This document shows positions 27,230 through 43,027 of a DNA stretch of 64,000 bases, piece after piece (positions within the stretch are counted from its first letter, which is position 1; every line of letters starts with the position of its first letter). The position numbers and the translations under genes were made by a program. Under the pieces are notes generated by a model, which saw only the letters and a program-made list of their open reading frames with translations, made no database searches and was not told the origin of the DNA. The stretch spans positions 12,898,001 to 12,962,000 of the forward strand of contig NC_087251.1 of assembly GCF_037042905.1 (NCBI RefSeq). Direction: 5' to 3'. The DNA comes from Lytechinus pictus (taxonomy: Eukaryota).

Positions 27230-28523
27230 AGAACAGTCTTTTTCAAATCAATGTCAGTTTGTAAGGGAGCGTGGGCCCAGTGTGGGTAGCAAGACAAGAT
27301 GATGAAACCCTTTTTACTGTAAATATAGAAACTTTTTACTTAAACTGACATTTTACTTTAATAAACTGTCATTCAAGTAGCAATATGAAAAATAATTTCT
27401 TGTCAAAAGGTTATCGTCAATTTGCTTGGGAACATGGACAGCATGTCATTTAAAGTCACTCCTTGCACTTGTAAAAGACAAGTATATATTATTCAAATTA
27501 CGTACTGCATGATCAGGCAAGCAAACTCTTGTAAATGCAGAATGATAATTTTTTACAATGACAATTTTCCTATTCCAATCCCAATTGAATTGTACAGTAT
27601 GGTTTCTCTTTGTTTGGTGCGCCCATCATTAGTCAATAGCCCATTCATATACTAGCTGTTCTTGTAAAACCAAATCATCAGGGCTAACCCCATGGACTAC
27701 AGTAAAGAGCAGACTTGGCTTTAATGTACAATATGTATTTAACAGGACTCATATTAAAAACAAGTGTGAAAAGCAAACAAAATGTTCCTGGGTTCAGGAA
27801 AGTAGGGCCACCCTTCATGAGGGTTAAGGATATTACAGGGCTAAGAATATAGTGTTATACAGTGAACAAATGACATACATAGGGAGGATTGACAATGAAA
27901 GGACATGATCCAGCCACTTGTTGAGGTTTTCCTCCTCAAATATTGACAATCAAAAGGACAGAGTGTAAGGTACAGATTAGGACCTTGTTAATTTAAAATT
28001 AATTGATAAATTAATATTTTGTGATAGACAAGTTGCTTGCATAGTTAGGGTTATTCCCCCACCCATATCATTGGCATGGAATCCAATTGCTTTTAACAGT
28101 CACAAGGAAATCTGCATGTGTGATAAACATTTTAAAGCATGGAATAAATTATGTGGATGCAATAAAATGGACATCATGTAGGATGTGTATATTTTTTATA
28201 CTTTGTACGGGCCAGAGGTGGCCAGAGTGGGAATACTGGTGGTAAATACTGTCTCGATAATTTTTGAGGAAGATGGGAAATAGTTGGAAATGCAGTGAAA
28301 CACTACAAAATATACTTATTTAATGATTTTGAATATTGCCCAGGTGTTTCTCAAGAATATTCTAGCATTTCCCTCAAGTACTTCCAAGCATTTACATATT
28401 TTTCAAATATTCCCCACCTGGATGGGAAATGCCTAAATTTCCTTGGAAATTGCTGACCCGGATTTTGTATAATTCTAGGGCACAGCATGGAAAGTATTGA
28501 TGTGATCACTTTGTCCTGAATAG

Positions 28524-28781
<258 letters not shown>

Positions 28782-29186
28782 TAAGGGCCTTATTCTATTG
28801 TCACTATTACCGTTACAGGATTAAGCCATTGTTAAAGAGGGCAGCCTTTGATCTTGCCATGCAAAAAAAAAAAAAAAACAATCCAATTTTATCTTTGCTT
28901 CTACTTGCAGTCACAGCAACATTGTAAATGGTGGTGTCACTGGCCTGGTTTCCTAAAGACGAGAGTGATTTGATCGATCGCATATCTTTGTAAAGCAGGG
29001 CCAAGATCTCATATGCACAAATGTAACGGCTGAATGGGTATAGTTATATAAACCAAACTGTTGGCTGAGAGCGATAACAAGATTATTTTCATCTTTCTCT
29101 TGAGATGTCTTGAATAAATTAACAGTGAAGTACCGGCACTGTGCTAAAAGGTTTCAACTGAAAGTGATTTTGTGGTATCCTTGTAG

Positions 29187-29302
29187 ATTATGTGAGTGGA
29201 GGAGAACTATTCACCCACCTTTATCAGAGGGAGCACTTCAGAGAGAGTGAAGTCCGTATCTACATTGCTGAGATTGTCATAGCTTTAGATTGCCTTCATC
29301 AG
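29187..29302 (+). CDS. RPS6KA5: MSK exon C (116 nt, phase 1-0): DYVSGGELFTHLYQREHFRESEVRIYIAEIVIALDCLHQ
   Basis: ccttgtag|ATTATG; CAG|gtgagt; GGELF hinge motif; too short to appear in the ORF track. Confidence 0.95.
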
Positions 29303-29343
29303 GTGAGTCAAAACTTTCTCCTTTTTTGTTTTGTAAGTTTTAA

Positions 29344-29460
29344 GGAAGCATCATGATGTAGTGGTTCTGACACTTGCCCTATAGTCAGAGGGTTGTGTGT
29401 TCAAATCCGTTCTTGGCATGCATGTTCGTTGGCAGGATAACTATCACCACTATCCATCGA
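29344..29460 (+). mobile_element. tRNA-derived SINE head, degenerate
   Basis: gaagcatcatgatgtagtggttctgac...gggttgtgtgttcaaatcc aligns with 40769-40845. Confidence 0.6.
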
Positions 29461-30602
29461 TGTGGTTCATTCACTTGTCCCTCAGTACTCATCACAAGGG
29501 TTGAGGGTACCAAACCAAAGACACTACTAGGGGAAGACTGGACACTTCAACGATTTTTGGAAACACTGTTTTGTTCATGAGGAAGGGCACCCACCAGCGT
29601 TGAACAAGTAAATCTACGCACATCCGCACGGGGTTGTGTATAAAACATATGGGAAAATTATAGAGGGTGTGATGAAGAGGGCACTGAGATGGCGCATGGG
29701 AATTATTCCACCTTCCTTCCCCAGGAGTATCTAAAATATATCCACTTCATAATTTGTGGGCATTTTTTGAAGAGTGAAATTAAAAAAAAATTAAATATCA
29801 AAATCGTTCCCTCCTTCACCCCACTACCATTTCCCCCATATGTTTTATACACGACCCAAAATGACAATATGTGAATGCATACCTAAGCAATGCTTTCAGG
29901 GGCTCTTCCCATGTGTTTCATTATGCGCTCTACCGAGTGACCAGACTTCCCCTTGTAGTGTCTTTGACCAAACTGAGAGTAGTATTATTTGGCACCCAGA
30001 TGGATATGAGTCACAATGTCCTTGTCATTATAACTAGCTCTTCTCACTTAATATATACAATAGTAACAACTTGAACTGAAAGGTAAATAGAAATCACATA
30101 AAGGGAAGTCTTATTGTAAATAATGCTCATTACCCATTGGGGGATTACCCATGGGGGATTCCCCCACTTGAGAACTACGCATTGGTATACTGTGATCTAT
30201 TCTATTAATTTCTATCTGGCTGAAACCATGCATATCATGCTTGTTGGAACGAGCAAATAAATATTTGTCGGGCTCATGAGCATGTTGTTACATGTTATTG
30301 TAATACTACATGTAGATTATAAATACATGCATAAGTATTTTTTCTGTTAATTGGTTAAGATTTCAATACATCATATTTGTGCATTTCAATAAGAACAGTG
30401 TCATTTCCTAATATCTTAAACTCTTCTTGTCTTTCCAATTTAAACATATCAAATATTGTTTTGCTACTTGAATTTCTTTTTAAAATTTTCTGTCATGGGA
30501 TAGAAATGACTTGCCCATACCAGAATTTTCGCCCATTCTTAGTAAGATAGGTGACAAAATCAAATTCAACTAGAATTGGGAATTAGAGTTTGATGGCTAA
30601 AC

Positions 30603-30984
30603 CAGACCTGCCAACCAGTACGTTTTTGGCGTATTTAGTACGTTTTTGCAACCAAAATACGGCAGTATGTTTTTTCCTTTAAAAATATGTTTTCGTAAAA
30701 AAAAAAAATTGTAATTTATTGAGAAAAATCATCTCTATATGTCTCTATTTCATAAAACTTACACAAATATGTTTATTAGATCAATGTAATTTCAGGTAAC
30801 TTGTTTTTTTTTCAATCATTTTGTTAAAACCAGGGTGAGATATACACATGTTTAATTTTTTTTTTTCATCTGCAAGAGCATTTTAGCTTGCATGCTGCTT
30901 GAGCGCCAATACACTTTTTGGGGGAAAATACACTTTTTTTTAATCACAGAATACAATTTTCATTCCCAGAGGTTGCCAGGTCTG
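30603..30984. mobile_element. MITE with 6-bp TSD, same family as 7120-9792
   Basis: ctaaac|CAGACCTGCCAACC ... GGTTGCCAGGTCTG|ctaaac. Confidence 0.8.
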
Positions 30985-31899
30985 CTAAACAGTAAGTTTC
31001 CATAAACATTCACTTCAGTATTTATTTTACTGCCCCCTTTTCACATTCACTTTTTAAAGAATTAATCAACTTTATTACTTATGAATATTTATCTACCCCT
31101 GATGTGAACATATTATGAATATATTTGTAGACTCATGTCTATGTGGATTTGGTTGTAAAATTTGATTTTATACCTGAGAAAAGTAAGCTATTCAGCTTAG
31201 AAAATCTTATTAAAGTTGTCAGTAATTTCGCAACAACTTGGAAAAAATGGGAAGACCAGGAAATGTCCTTTCATCTTTGTATTGTGAGATAATTGTGAGA
31301 TACTTTCCCCTAACTGGAGAATTAGAGAATCCTGTTTGCTGAGAGCTGCTCATGATTCTTTTTTTTATTGCCAATCAGTTATGTTAGTGTTACCTTTTTT
31401 TATTCAATTACTTTTATGGAAAATGAAGACTTTGTTCAGAAATGATAGGAATCCTCATTTGATATTGAGTGCTTTTGATTTGGATATATACTTGTACAAC
31501 AATCCAGCTCTATGATATTACACATTTCAAGTGTAATCTTGTGACATTTATTCGTGTTATCTTTGTTTTCTGCATGAGATTGAGAGTGGCTTAATAGTAC
31601 TGATGTATGCAAATCAAAGAGAATGCTTGTTAAGTTGTGTATAATGTGAAAACTATTAGTAAAATTCTGCCTCTATTTGAGCTCCACCTTTATCCAACTA
31701 GCAAGATTTTATCAAGGGTGTAATCAAACCAAATTATGAAACTAGCCTTTGCGATTCTTCTTCGGCTGTCAGAGATGCACAAGCCAAACATCGTCATGGC
31801 AACAGCAATGGAAGCTGTTAGATGTGTGGGTGGACTGGCTGGCAGGGTGGAATATTATCCAGTGGTTTGCATGCATTATGAATGGCACTTCCTGCTTAT

Positions 31900-32920
31900 T
31901 TCTTGCTTTCTTGCACTCTCTCATCTCTCCCTCTCTCTCTTTCCTCCCTCTCCCACTTTCTCCCTGTCCATCTATCATTCTCTTTTTTTTCTTTCCTGCC
32001 CAGGGTTGCTTGTCACTCTTCTCTTAAAGGACAAGTCCACCCCAACAAAAAGTTGATTTTGATAAAAAGACAAAAATCCAAAGAGCATAACATTGACAAT
32101 TTTATCAAAATTGGATGTAAAGTAGAAAGTTATGACACTTTAAATTTTGCTTAATTTCACAAAACAGTTATATGCACATCGTGGTTGGCATTATATGAAA
32201 CATGAAATACAGTGTATTCTAATGTTATCCTCATTGTCAAGTGAAACAACGATTAATTCCTACCTGAACATGGGAATTAGCATTATTTAATACTTTATGA
32301 TTCAGCCAAGTTGGTTCATATTGTCAAATCTGCAAAAAATGAAATATTGTATGATTCAAACAATAAAAAACAAAAGAAATTAGAGGGACATCATACGACT
32401 TCCTCATTTCCATGTCACTGACTTGTGCACATCACTGTTTTATGAAAAATAAGCGAAACTTTAAAATGTCATAACTTTCTTATTTTGCATCCGATTTTGA
32501 TGAAATTTTCAGTGTCATGCTAGTTTTATTTTCTCTATTTATTCAAATCAAATTTTTTTTGGGTGAATTTGACCTTTAATGTCTCCCTCTCTACTCTTCC
32601 TTTTATCCCCTCCCTTCATTTTCTATGAAAATAAGTCTCTCTGTTTTTATACTATCTATGTTTTTATACTATCTATGTTTGTCTGATCGCTACATTTGTT
32701 CTCTTCTCCCTCCTCTCTCTTTTTCCCTTTCCTCTCTGTCTCCCCTTCTCTTCATAAAAGTATCTTCTGGCATATATCCCCCCATCCATCCTTTTTTGTT
32801 GTTCTTGCTCCAGGTCTCTTTCTTTTAATGTTCTATCTCTCTTATCACTCTCATAACTCTTTCTTCCTCCGTCTTTTTCCTCTCTTTCTCCATGGTGTCC
32901 ATTTATCACTATCACTCTTT
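31900..32920. repeat. Pyrimidine-rich low-complexity tract split by the 32024-32579 MITE
   Basis: CT-rich sequence on both sides of the MITE. Confidence 0.75.
32024..32579. mobile_element. TTAA-flanked MITE
   Basis: ttaaaggacaagtccacccc ... gggtgaatttgacctttaa. Confidence 0.8.
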
Positions 32921-33886
32921 GCCTGCCCAGGGTCCTTTTGCGGTGAATGTGTGGGGGCAGGGAGTTGGCTTCAACATTCAGACCCTATCTGTCACTCTCT
33001 TGATTACCCATCCAATACTAAAATTCTCTGTATAATGATGTTTGGCATGGTTAAGGCAGAGTACTTCGACATTCTTTCTCTTTTCATAGGGTAATACACC
33101 ATTTAGATGTGGAATTAGCAAAAGAAAAATGACAGATGCCTTGATAGAGAGAGGAGAATTAAGTATTCTAAACATACCATTATTTTTTTTTTCTGTTCTG
33201 TACATATTCAGATGTTGTATCTAGATTTTATTTAAACCAAAAACTTCTGAAATATGCAATTTGGCTTTATCACAAAAAGCTAAAGATGGGTCATTGAGAG
33301 CATAGTGATCTTTGTATTTAAATTATCCTGAAATCCCTACATAGTTATTATTTTTAACTATTCAAAAAAAAATCTGTATGAACAATAATTTTCATAAATT
33401 TCACCTGTTTCTACAGACAAAAAAATGATGCTTTGATAAAAGACTAGCTATCACCAGAAACCATAGAATTTTAAGTGGTAATTTTGTATGTTAAGGAGGG
33501 TGACAAATTTTAGGGAAAAAATATGAATAAAATGAATACCTCCAAAATTAAGCCTGCATCATGAGTTTCATAATCATTTTAGCAATTTGGTGAGAAATTT
33601 TGACTACCAAATAGTTTGTTCTTGCTTTCAGAGTAAATTCAGACACAAAATGTCTATTAAGAGGAGACTATGTATTAGGGCAATATTCAGAACCCTGGGC
33701 AAAGATATTGTATGAACCCTTTTCATGGATTTGAACATTGTCAAATATGGCACACTATCATGAACCATATTCTTCTTTTCAAATTCTTCTCAACAAATTG
33801 GAATGGAAAGCAGAGAGGGAGAAACCCTGGATCACATTAATATCTGCCGTAGATTCCATGTGTATCAGAATAATTAAACACCACAG

Positions 33887-35417
33887 GAGTCTGTTGCAGA
33901 AAGAGTTGCGTTTAAACGCAAGTAAAAAAATCAATCGCAAGTCCCAAATGCACGCTGTTAGTAGAAAATCAAGTTCAATTCAATTTTATTTCAATCATAA
34001 AATCATAAAATATATACAAAGTAACATGCAACAATCGAGATTTAATCTAATGAATGAAATTGGAGACTAATATGAAAGTTTAAAAAACTTGTAAGTTTAT
34101 AGTCCCCCAAAACAGGGAAAAGAAACACATGTTACGATATAATACAAACACACACACACTATCACACACACATACACCATGACACGCATGATACATAGGT
34201 ACTTAAAATAGAGTTACAAGGAATAGGAAGAGACGAGCTGTCTCTTCAATAAGACCTTAAAAGATGACAATGTAGTGCATGACATAAAATTATTAGGTAA
34301 ATTGTTCCAAATACGGGGACTGTTGTGTCTAAAAGAGTTGAGTAAGGACTGAGACGAAACCTTTGGTTAATGGTATTTTATACATGAGCGGGTATTATGG
34401 GAATGGATAGATTTATTAAGAGTAAACATTTGACAAATTATTTTAGGTGCAATACTATTATTAACATTAAACATCATTATGGCAATTTGGAATGTATATA
34501 TATCATAAATCGTAAGTGTTTGTAACCTAAAAAATAAAGGACGAGAGTGAGCTTGAAAATGAGAATTTGTACATATTCTAAGAGCTTTCTTTTGCAGTTT
34601 GTATAAAGATTCTAATTTAGTTTTCCCCACTGCTGCCCAGGTAATGGTACAATAACATAAGTATGGTAAAATTAAACAGTTATACAACATAAATAATACA
34701 TTTTGAGGTAGGGATATACGTAATTTACGGAGGATACCAATGTTTTTAGATATTTTGTTTGCAATATATTGTCGATGGTCCTGGAAAGATAGAGTATCAT
34801 CAAGAATTATTCCTAAAAATTTAACTGAAGTGCTCACATTCAAATTAACATGGTTTATAAGTATTATAATATTATTACAATTATATGGGTGGGATTTTCT
34901 TTTAAAATATAATACACACTTTTTGTCATTGTTTATAATTAATTCATTAGCATCAAACCATTGTATAACATTTTCTAATTCTCTATTTACCTGTAATATT
35001 AATCTATTGAAATCTTTATGACATGCAATTAAGTTGGTATAGTCGGCAAACAGTATAAAACGAAAAAAGGATGAAGAAGAGCTCAGATCATTTATATAGC
35101 TCAAGAAAAGGAGAGGATCCAGTATAGAGCCCTGTGGGACTCCACACTGGATCCTCTTTCTATCGGAAACAAAATTATTATAACATGTGAAATGGAAACG
35201 ATTACTCAAATAATTCTTAAACCACTGTAAGGCTACACCACGTATACCAAACTGTAATTTACAGAGGAGAATATCATGGTTGATGACATCAAACGCTTTA
35301 GATAGATCAAGAAATAAGCCTAATGTTTGTTAATTTATTTTGGGTGTAATCATGAAGGTCAAGTTGTGCATGATTTTTAGAGTTGCAATTGATTGCAACT
35401 CTTTTTGCAACGGACCC
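33887..35417. mobile_element. Small TIR element (MITE) with CAG target duplication, split by the LINE
   Basis: Left gagtctgttgcagaaagagttgc; right reverse complement gggtccgttgcaaaaagagttgc; cag at 33884-33886 and 35418-35420. Confidence 0.75.
33990..35330 (-). mobile_element. 5'-truncated, degenerate CR1/L2-group LINE
   Basis: Minus frame from about 35327 reads TLGLFLDLSKAFDVINHDILL...GVPQGSILDP...FADY (catalytic DD lost). Nonsense stop at 34367; the frame continues to a natural-looking stop at 34214; aattga-type tail near 33990. Confidence 0.9.
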
Positions 35418-36973
35418 CAGGTTTTGATAAGATCTCAAAACCAATTGGTTACAGTTTATTTTATCCTATCCATTAGCACCAAGGAAAATCTAAGTTTCTT
35501 AATATTTTGTCTGATCAAAAATTGTAAAAGAATATTTAGAAAAACAATGCAAAAATATCTTACCAACAACCCATTACTTTCTATGAAATCTCTGTCGTGT
35601 ATTCATTGTAGGGGAAATGAGAGAAGTTGTAGATGATTTCACATGACACTGTGCCAGTGTCCCATTTCATAAAGACTTTGATATAATAACAAATACATAA
35701 TTTGTAGAAATTATTAATATCTACAACAAATTTACTATTAGCCAAACAATTAAATGATTTCAGTAGCTTCAAAATTTTGTTGCGAAATTGTTATTACAAT
35801 ACGTGTCAAGTTTTATGAAATAGGTCCCTAGAGTTTTTCATAGCAGGCAGCCTTTCTAGCTTCCTGAAGTTCCTGACTCTGAACTCGTGTTTTAAACAGC
35901 TCTAATGATCACAGCCGCAAAGGAGTAGGGTAACTCTCGCGAGTTGACTTATTTCTTATGAACCCCAATCTTGTCCATTTTTCAAATTATGTCATTGATG
36001 TACATACAGTGTGACAAAGGCACAATTCATTTCCTAATTGTGTTGATGACTGCACCTTTAATATAAAATGAAACTAACTCATTTTTTATTGTATATTAAA
36101 GGGCCTCTATTGATTATACTATTGTACTATAATACTCATAGTATTCATACTGTACATGCACAATGTAAGAGGGCTCATGTACTGTATGTACAGGACTCAA
36201 AAGCAGAAGTTCATCTGAATTCAAAATACATGTAATCTTCAACAATATCTAACCAAAAATGTACATGTAGTAAGATTTCGATTTCAGTATATTTTAGCAA
36301 CTTCTGTTTTTTAGTTTCCATTGCAGTTGACCCGTATCGTCAAAGCAACAAGTTAGTTTATTGTACAATTTATCAAAATGTTCACTAAGGATATATTGTA
36401 CAGTCTGGTACACAAATATAATGCAGTGCATGAAGCTCGGAAATTATAATTGTGTCAAATTTTGTACATAAAATCAGAGGTCAACCATGACCAGGCCACA
36501 ACTATTTTACCAAAATGCATTTATGGATTGAATAATCTCATTTTCATTATATTTATTCTGAGAACTAAATTCTTTATCATGTCATGTATTGATTGAAACA
36601 ATTGACTATTGGATCCACTTTAAGAAAAGGAAATAATATTACCTTGTGTAATTGCCCATTGCTTTAGAAAGGGAAAAGTGTGTGGGTGTGTCTCCTCAAG
36701 TTGATCTAATTTAGGGCATGTGCAAAGTGAGTAAGAAAATCGCACTTGATCCAAACAATCTCATTTTTTTCTGAAGTTCATGTACAACAAGAAATTTCTC
36801 CATTGGTGTATCAAGCTTGTTGAAGCAACAGAATGTGAAAATGATCAGTTAAGGGTTGTTTTCCTATTTTTGAGTGCCACATTATGGTTGATTAGCATTA
36901 CATGTATATGTCACTTATTCACTCATCAAATATACGCTTTACCGAGAGCCTCTGTCACACCCATCTGATCATG

Positions 36974-37081
36974 AACTTTGTCAATGTGAAAGCAAAGTAT
37001 GCATTACTAAACTTTGTCAATGTGAAAGCAAAGTATGCATTACTAAACTTTGTCAGTGTGAAAGCAAAGTATGCATTACTA
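36974..37081 (+). repeat. 36-bp minisatellite x3
   Basis: aactttgtcaatgtgaaagcaaagtatgcattacta, one substitution in unit 3. Confidence 0.95.
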
Positions 37082-38207
37082 ATATATCCTTATTAGAAAA
37101 TTACATGTACCTGCAAGTAAGTAGGTACTTGACTAACAATGGTATCATTTTATGAATTGGAATTAGAAGAATCAAGCTGAACTACTATAAGCTATGAATA
37201 TCTTTCGATAAAATAGCATTTATGATTAGTTGCCTATTCAGTGGCACACTTTTCAAAGATTACAAGATGAAAAATACTTCTTGAACAATGTCAGTATGAT
37301 GAGTCACAGTAAGAATTCTAGTCTTTTGTATTATGTATGAGTGAACTTGTTACTACGTAAATTTGTACTGATGAATTGTATAGACCTGCAGGGCATCGAT
37401 GAGGTCTTTAACCCCATGAATTCATGTGTATTATCTGTTTGAACATGCTCGCCCCCAAAAATGTACTATTTGCTCATAGGGAGTAAAGGGCACAATTATT
37501 ATTTGGGCTTAATTTGAATGTGACAGTGTGTTGCTTTGTTGGTTTTTACAAAAAGTAAAAACGGGTATGTGACCTACATGTTCTAGTATTTTGTAAGGTT
37601 TTAGGTTTTACCTACATGTATGTGGTATGTACACAGAAAGAAATGAAATTTGGAGCAAGGAGACACTCCTGGAGTTATTCCAATTGCTGTACATCTTTGT
37701 TGTTTATGGATTTATTTTCAAATGATTTTTCTATATGTTTGTTTAGAAACAGTATGGAATGTGTTTAGGCATTATTTTTGTCAGATACTTAATTGAAATC
37801 ATAATTTTATTATTATGTCAACACTTGTGATTAGGAATACCTTTTGATAGGCATTCAGTATTATTCTTGTATGACTTTTCTCCATTAGTCTTATAATTAT
37901 TTTTTTTGTTGGAACCTGACTTTCAAGTTACAAAGAAATATTGATGAGTCCATCTGAAAAAGCCTTTGATTTTGTACTCTTTGGAGTCTGATTGTATAAT
38001 TATAAGAATACTTGTTCAACTGTTATCACTCATAACCTGAAAAATGTAATCATTATAGTCATTTATGTGAATGTCTGTTAAAGGCAAAATGTGTGTATTA
38101 AAAAGTTACAATCAAATAACGCATATCACTTCATGTAAACAGGACAATGAACTAGACATTATAATGATGTGTTAGCACTCACAGGTGTGCCTTTCATTTC
38201 CTAATGA

Positions 38208-39556
<1,349 letters not shown>

Positions 39557-40768
39557 GCAAATTATTTTCTCTGAAAAAGCATGACTGTGTATGTTGATTA
39601 ACCAATCTTATTGTATTTATGATTTTAAACTGCATAAAACTAGTCTTAAACAAGCATTTTAAAATTAAACTTATTTTTTAATGCATTTTCTACCAATATC
39701 CATGCCATGGACAGTCCTGCATTTTTCATCTTCAGTTTTTTAACATTATCATAATTTTTTTGGATCATTTTTCTTCACTTCTTTCATTTTTTTTTCAATA
39801 TCGATTTCAGTGGTTTTTTTACATTCGATTTATTACACAAGCTTGTAGAATACAAATATATAAACATGCTTAATGAAAATTGAAAGTGAATTTTTTTTCA
39901 ATGGTTTCTTGGTATAAGTGAGCTTGCAGTTGAATTATGAAAGCAATTTTTTTTAAAGACCCATTTATTTTCTTTTTAGTGCTAATAATATTGTTCATCT
40001 TAATTTTACACTGAAAGCAAGAGTAAAATCCTTTCTTTGATGTGAGTCAAAATACTTGGCATTTCGTTCATGCATGTACAATAAAGAGGAACAGATCAGA
40101 AATAATATGTCCAGAAACTCATCTAGGTGAATCTGAATACTCTCATAGATTTTGTAATAAAAACATAAAGAACATTATAAGAAATGCTTGTGAGCTATCT
40201 CATTTGTTTGTAAGGTCATTGTCTTCTATTAACATTATTCTTCTGAATTTTAACATTAAGATTTAAATTTTATTCTTTTCATATATGTGACACTTTAGTA
40301 TAAAAATAAAGAAAAACTGAAGAATCATAACATAACAGAATCCAATTTTCTGTTTTTTTGCTCTGCACATGCTGTAGACTAGAAGTTTGAAACCATCAAA
40401 ATGATAACAAGATATAGGCCTAACCATAATTTTCAGAATCATACATGTAAAGTTTCAAATCCACAACTACATTATGTAAAGGAAAAAATAATTGGCCATT
40501 GAAGTATTTGAATATCTCAGAAAGTGATAATACTTTTTCTATCAAAGACAATGATGTTAAGTCCAATTATACTTTTTCAGAATTTTTAAAGGCATTTTCT
40601 TTAAATAGGAAAGAGGAAAATGTTTAAACTTATTTGATATGTCTATTTCCTTAAAGAGCAATTAGCATCATCATGTGGCTTAAATAACACAATTAATTAT
40701 TAGTGTTGGTTTACTGAACTGATTTATCATATGCTATTCCAACCTATGATCATATGGTTCTTTTATGT

Positions 40769-41060
40769 GAAAGCATCGTGGTGTAACAATTCTGACTCTC
40801 ACCTTGTAAAAAAGTAAAAAAAAGGGGTTGTGTGTTCGAATCCCACCATGGCCTAGCATCCTTTGGCGAGGCATCATTCCACAATATGCCACTCTCCACC
40901 CAGGTGTTTAATGGGTAACTGGTAGGATGCAAAAGCCTATGTACAATAGTATGTCTAGCAATTGAGTCTTGAAACTCTTGTTGAAATGCTCCCCAGGCTT
41001 GCCATTATCCGATGACCATAATAATTACATTATGCACCCCCTAAGCGCTTAGAAACATAA
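40769..41060 (+). mobile_element. tRNA-derived SINE
   Basis: A-box-like gtggtgtaac, B box gttcgaatcc at 40834, central ctctccacccaggtg...aatgggta, 3' end running into (TAA)n. Related heads at 29344 and about 60518. Confidence 0.7.
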
Positions 41061-41152
41061 ATGATAATAATAATTATAAAAAATAATAATAGTATAATAA
41101 TGATAATATAATAATAATGATAATGATAATGGTAATAATAATGATAATAATG

Positions 41153-41196
<44 letters not shown>

Positions 41197-41258
41197 GATG
41201 ATAATGATAATATTATTATCATTATTAGTATTATTATCATTATTATTATTGTTATCAT
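41060..41258. repeat. (TAA/TGA)n microsatellite switching to (TTA/TCA)n
   Basis: Direct reading; the switch occurs near 41210. Confidence 0.95.
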
Positions 41259-41498
41259 AAATTATTTAAATCTTTTCCTCTACTATCCTATTTGCTGTAA
41301 AGAGGCTACCAAACAGCTATATTTACATTTCTGTTTTGCTCTGCCCGCTTGTTATGATAGAATTTGGTAATAAAATTTAATTCGCTATTATGAAGAATTA
41401 TATGTACATGTAATGTATGTTTAAAGCATACTGTGTATTTCATAAAATGCACTGAAGGTTAATATCGTAAAATTATCTAAATATATTTATTTTATAAG

Positions 41499-42090
41499 AT
41501 ACCGCGTTCTCACTTAGCCCAGCTTGCGGATCAGACTCGCCTTGCGAGTCAGCCTCGGCTCGTGGGGTCTTCTCCTTCGCGTTCACATTTAGCCCCAGGT
41601 TGCGGAGCAGGCTCCCCTCGCTTGTCAGTTCTGCCAATTACCCACAATCCTCTGCAATAAATATGTAAACCGACTCTGGCGCGAAAAGTAGGCCTGTGCG
41701 AATGCATGTACTATGGAGGGAGTTCATATACCAGTGGTACAGTGCAGTGAACTGATGGAAATCGGTTTCACGATACACAATTCGTAAGGTAATATGACTG
41801 TGTATAAAATCGAGTGTACACTGGACGGACTGCATGCATAGAAAAACAAAACTCGAATAAAGCGTGTGAGATACACCGGAAGTTCGCTATCAATTGCCAG
41901 GGTAGACTCGGCTTTCTGTCCACACTGCAAAAAATTGCCGTGTCTCCCCCAGCTCGCAGGTCTGATCCTACCTTATTGCTGGGGCAGAAAAGGAGAGTCA
42001 GACTTGCCTCGCGGGGCTGATAATTTCCCTTCACATTGGGGAAAAAAGTGGGTCTAAGTCACGAGCTGGGGCTAAGTGAGAATGTGGTAT
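41499..42090. mobile_element. Harbinger-like MITE (related fragment at 21430-21718)
   Basis: ataccgcgttctcacttagccccagct / agctggggctaagtgagaatgtggtat. Confidence 0.8.
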
Positions 42091-42700
42091 GAGTTTGTTT
42101 TATGCTTGTAATTATTATTTTGATGGCTCTATTCAGCTGAATAATCATACTTCTACAATAGATGTGAACCTCCTCACCCGAATGGTGCCATTTACCCCCC
42201 ATGATACAAGCACTGCTGAATGATGTTTCGTAAAGCTATTTTTGTAAATACTATGTAAGACTTTACGCATAACTGGTAACCCTTATCGATGCCAAATCAT
42301 ATTCTCAATCATTTTGATTCCCATTTGCTAAAGTTGAAATCCGATCTCTGTATATTTAAATTACTTTTATATAGCATCTGAAATGCAAATTTCGTAATTT
42401 GGCAATTTGATTAGGGTTATGGGAATTTCACACCTACATAGTTAAAACTGGAAAAATCGGAAAATCGTTTAAAGGGATGGTCCCCACTGAAAATATATCT
42501 AAATAAATAGAGTAAAATTCACAGAGCAAAATGCTAAAAATTTCACCAAAATCGGATAACAAAGAACAAAGTTATTGAATTTTAAAGATTTGCATTATTC
42601 TGGTGAAACAGTTCTAGGCATGTCATGAATATTCATTAGATGGGCTGACGATGTCATATCCCCACTTGTTCTTTTGTATTTTATTATATAAAATTAGGTT

Positions 42701-43027
42701 GATGTGGAAGAGGTTCATCGTGGTGAAGGATTGAGTAGAAGAAATAACCAGTTGTCTCACTGTATCAAACGTAGTAGGAAAGAGACGTTTCGTCTGCAAG
42801 CTGCTAGACTTCATCAGGCAATGAGCAAAGACGCTGCTGCGCATGGGTTATAGCGTCGGGAGCTATTGTCTGGCTCCACTCGGGTGTGAGCCGCGCTGTG
42901 ATTGGCCGAAGCCGCTGGCCAATCAGGGTCCGCTCTAGTGCTTGGTGCCCGCTGGAGCGTGCACCGTGCGCTGTGACTGGCGGATGCAGCCGGCCAATCA
43001 GCGTCCGCGCTGGTGTCAGGCACCCGC
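42701..43027 (-). mobile_element. Penelope-like pseudo-LTR / retrozyme-like fragment with 12-bp TSD
   Basis: taaaattaggtt at 42689-42700 and 43028-43039; GC-rich; minus strand carries CTGATGA-A-GTCT...AGAC-GAAACGT. Confidence 0.65.
42756..42825 (-). ncRNA. Hammerhead ribozyme-like motif (type I topology, imperfect helix I)
   Basis: CUCAUUGc-CUGAUGA-A-[GUCUaGCA gcu UGCAGAC]-GAA-[ACGU 12-nt loop ACGU]-U-ugaua-CAGUGAG; folded by eye. Confidence 0.45.

Noticed and set aside
29344..29420. tRNA gene (also at 40769-40850)
   Set aside because: A/B boxes are present but there is no cloverleaf; the sequence continues into SINE body
31736..32154. Overlapping ORFs and an RFX-like gtcatggcaac word
   Set aside because: The ORFs run through a CT-rich tract and a MITE; a single half-site is weak evidence
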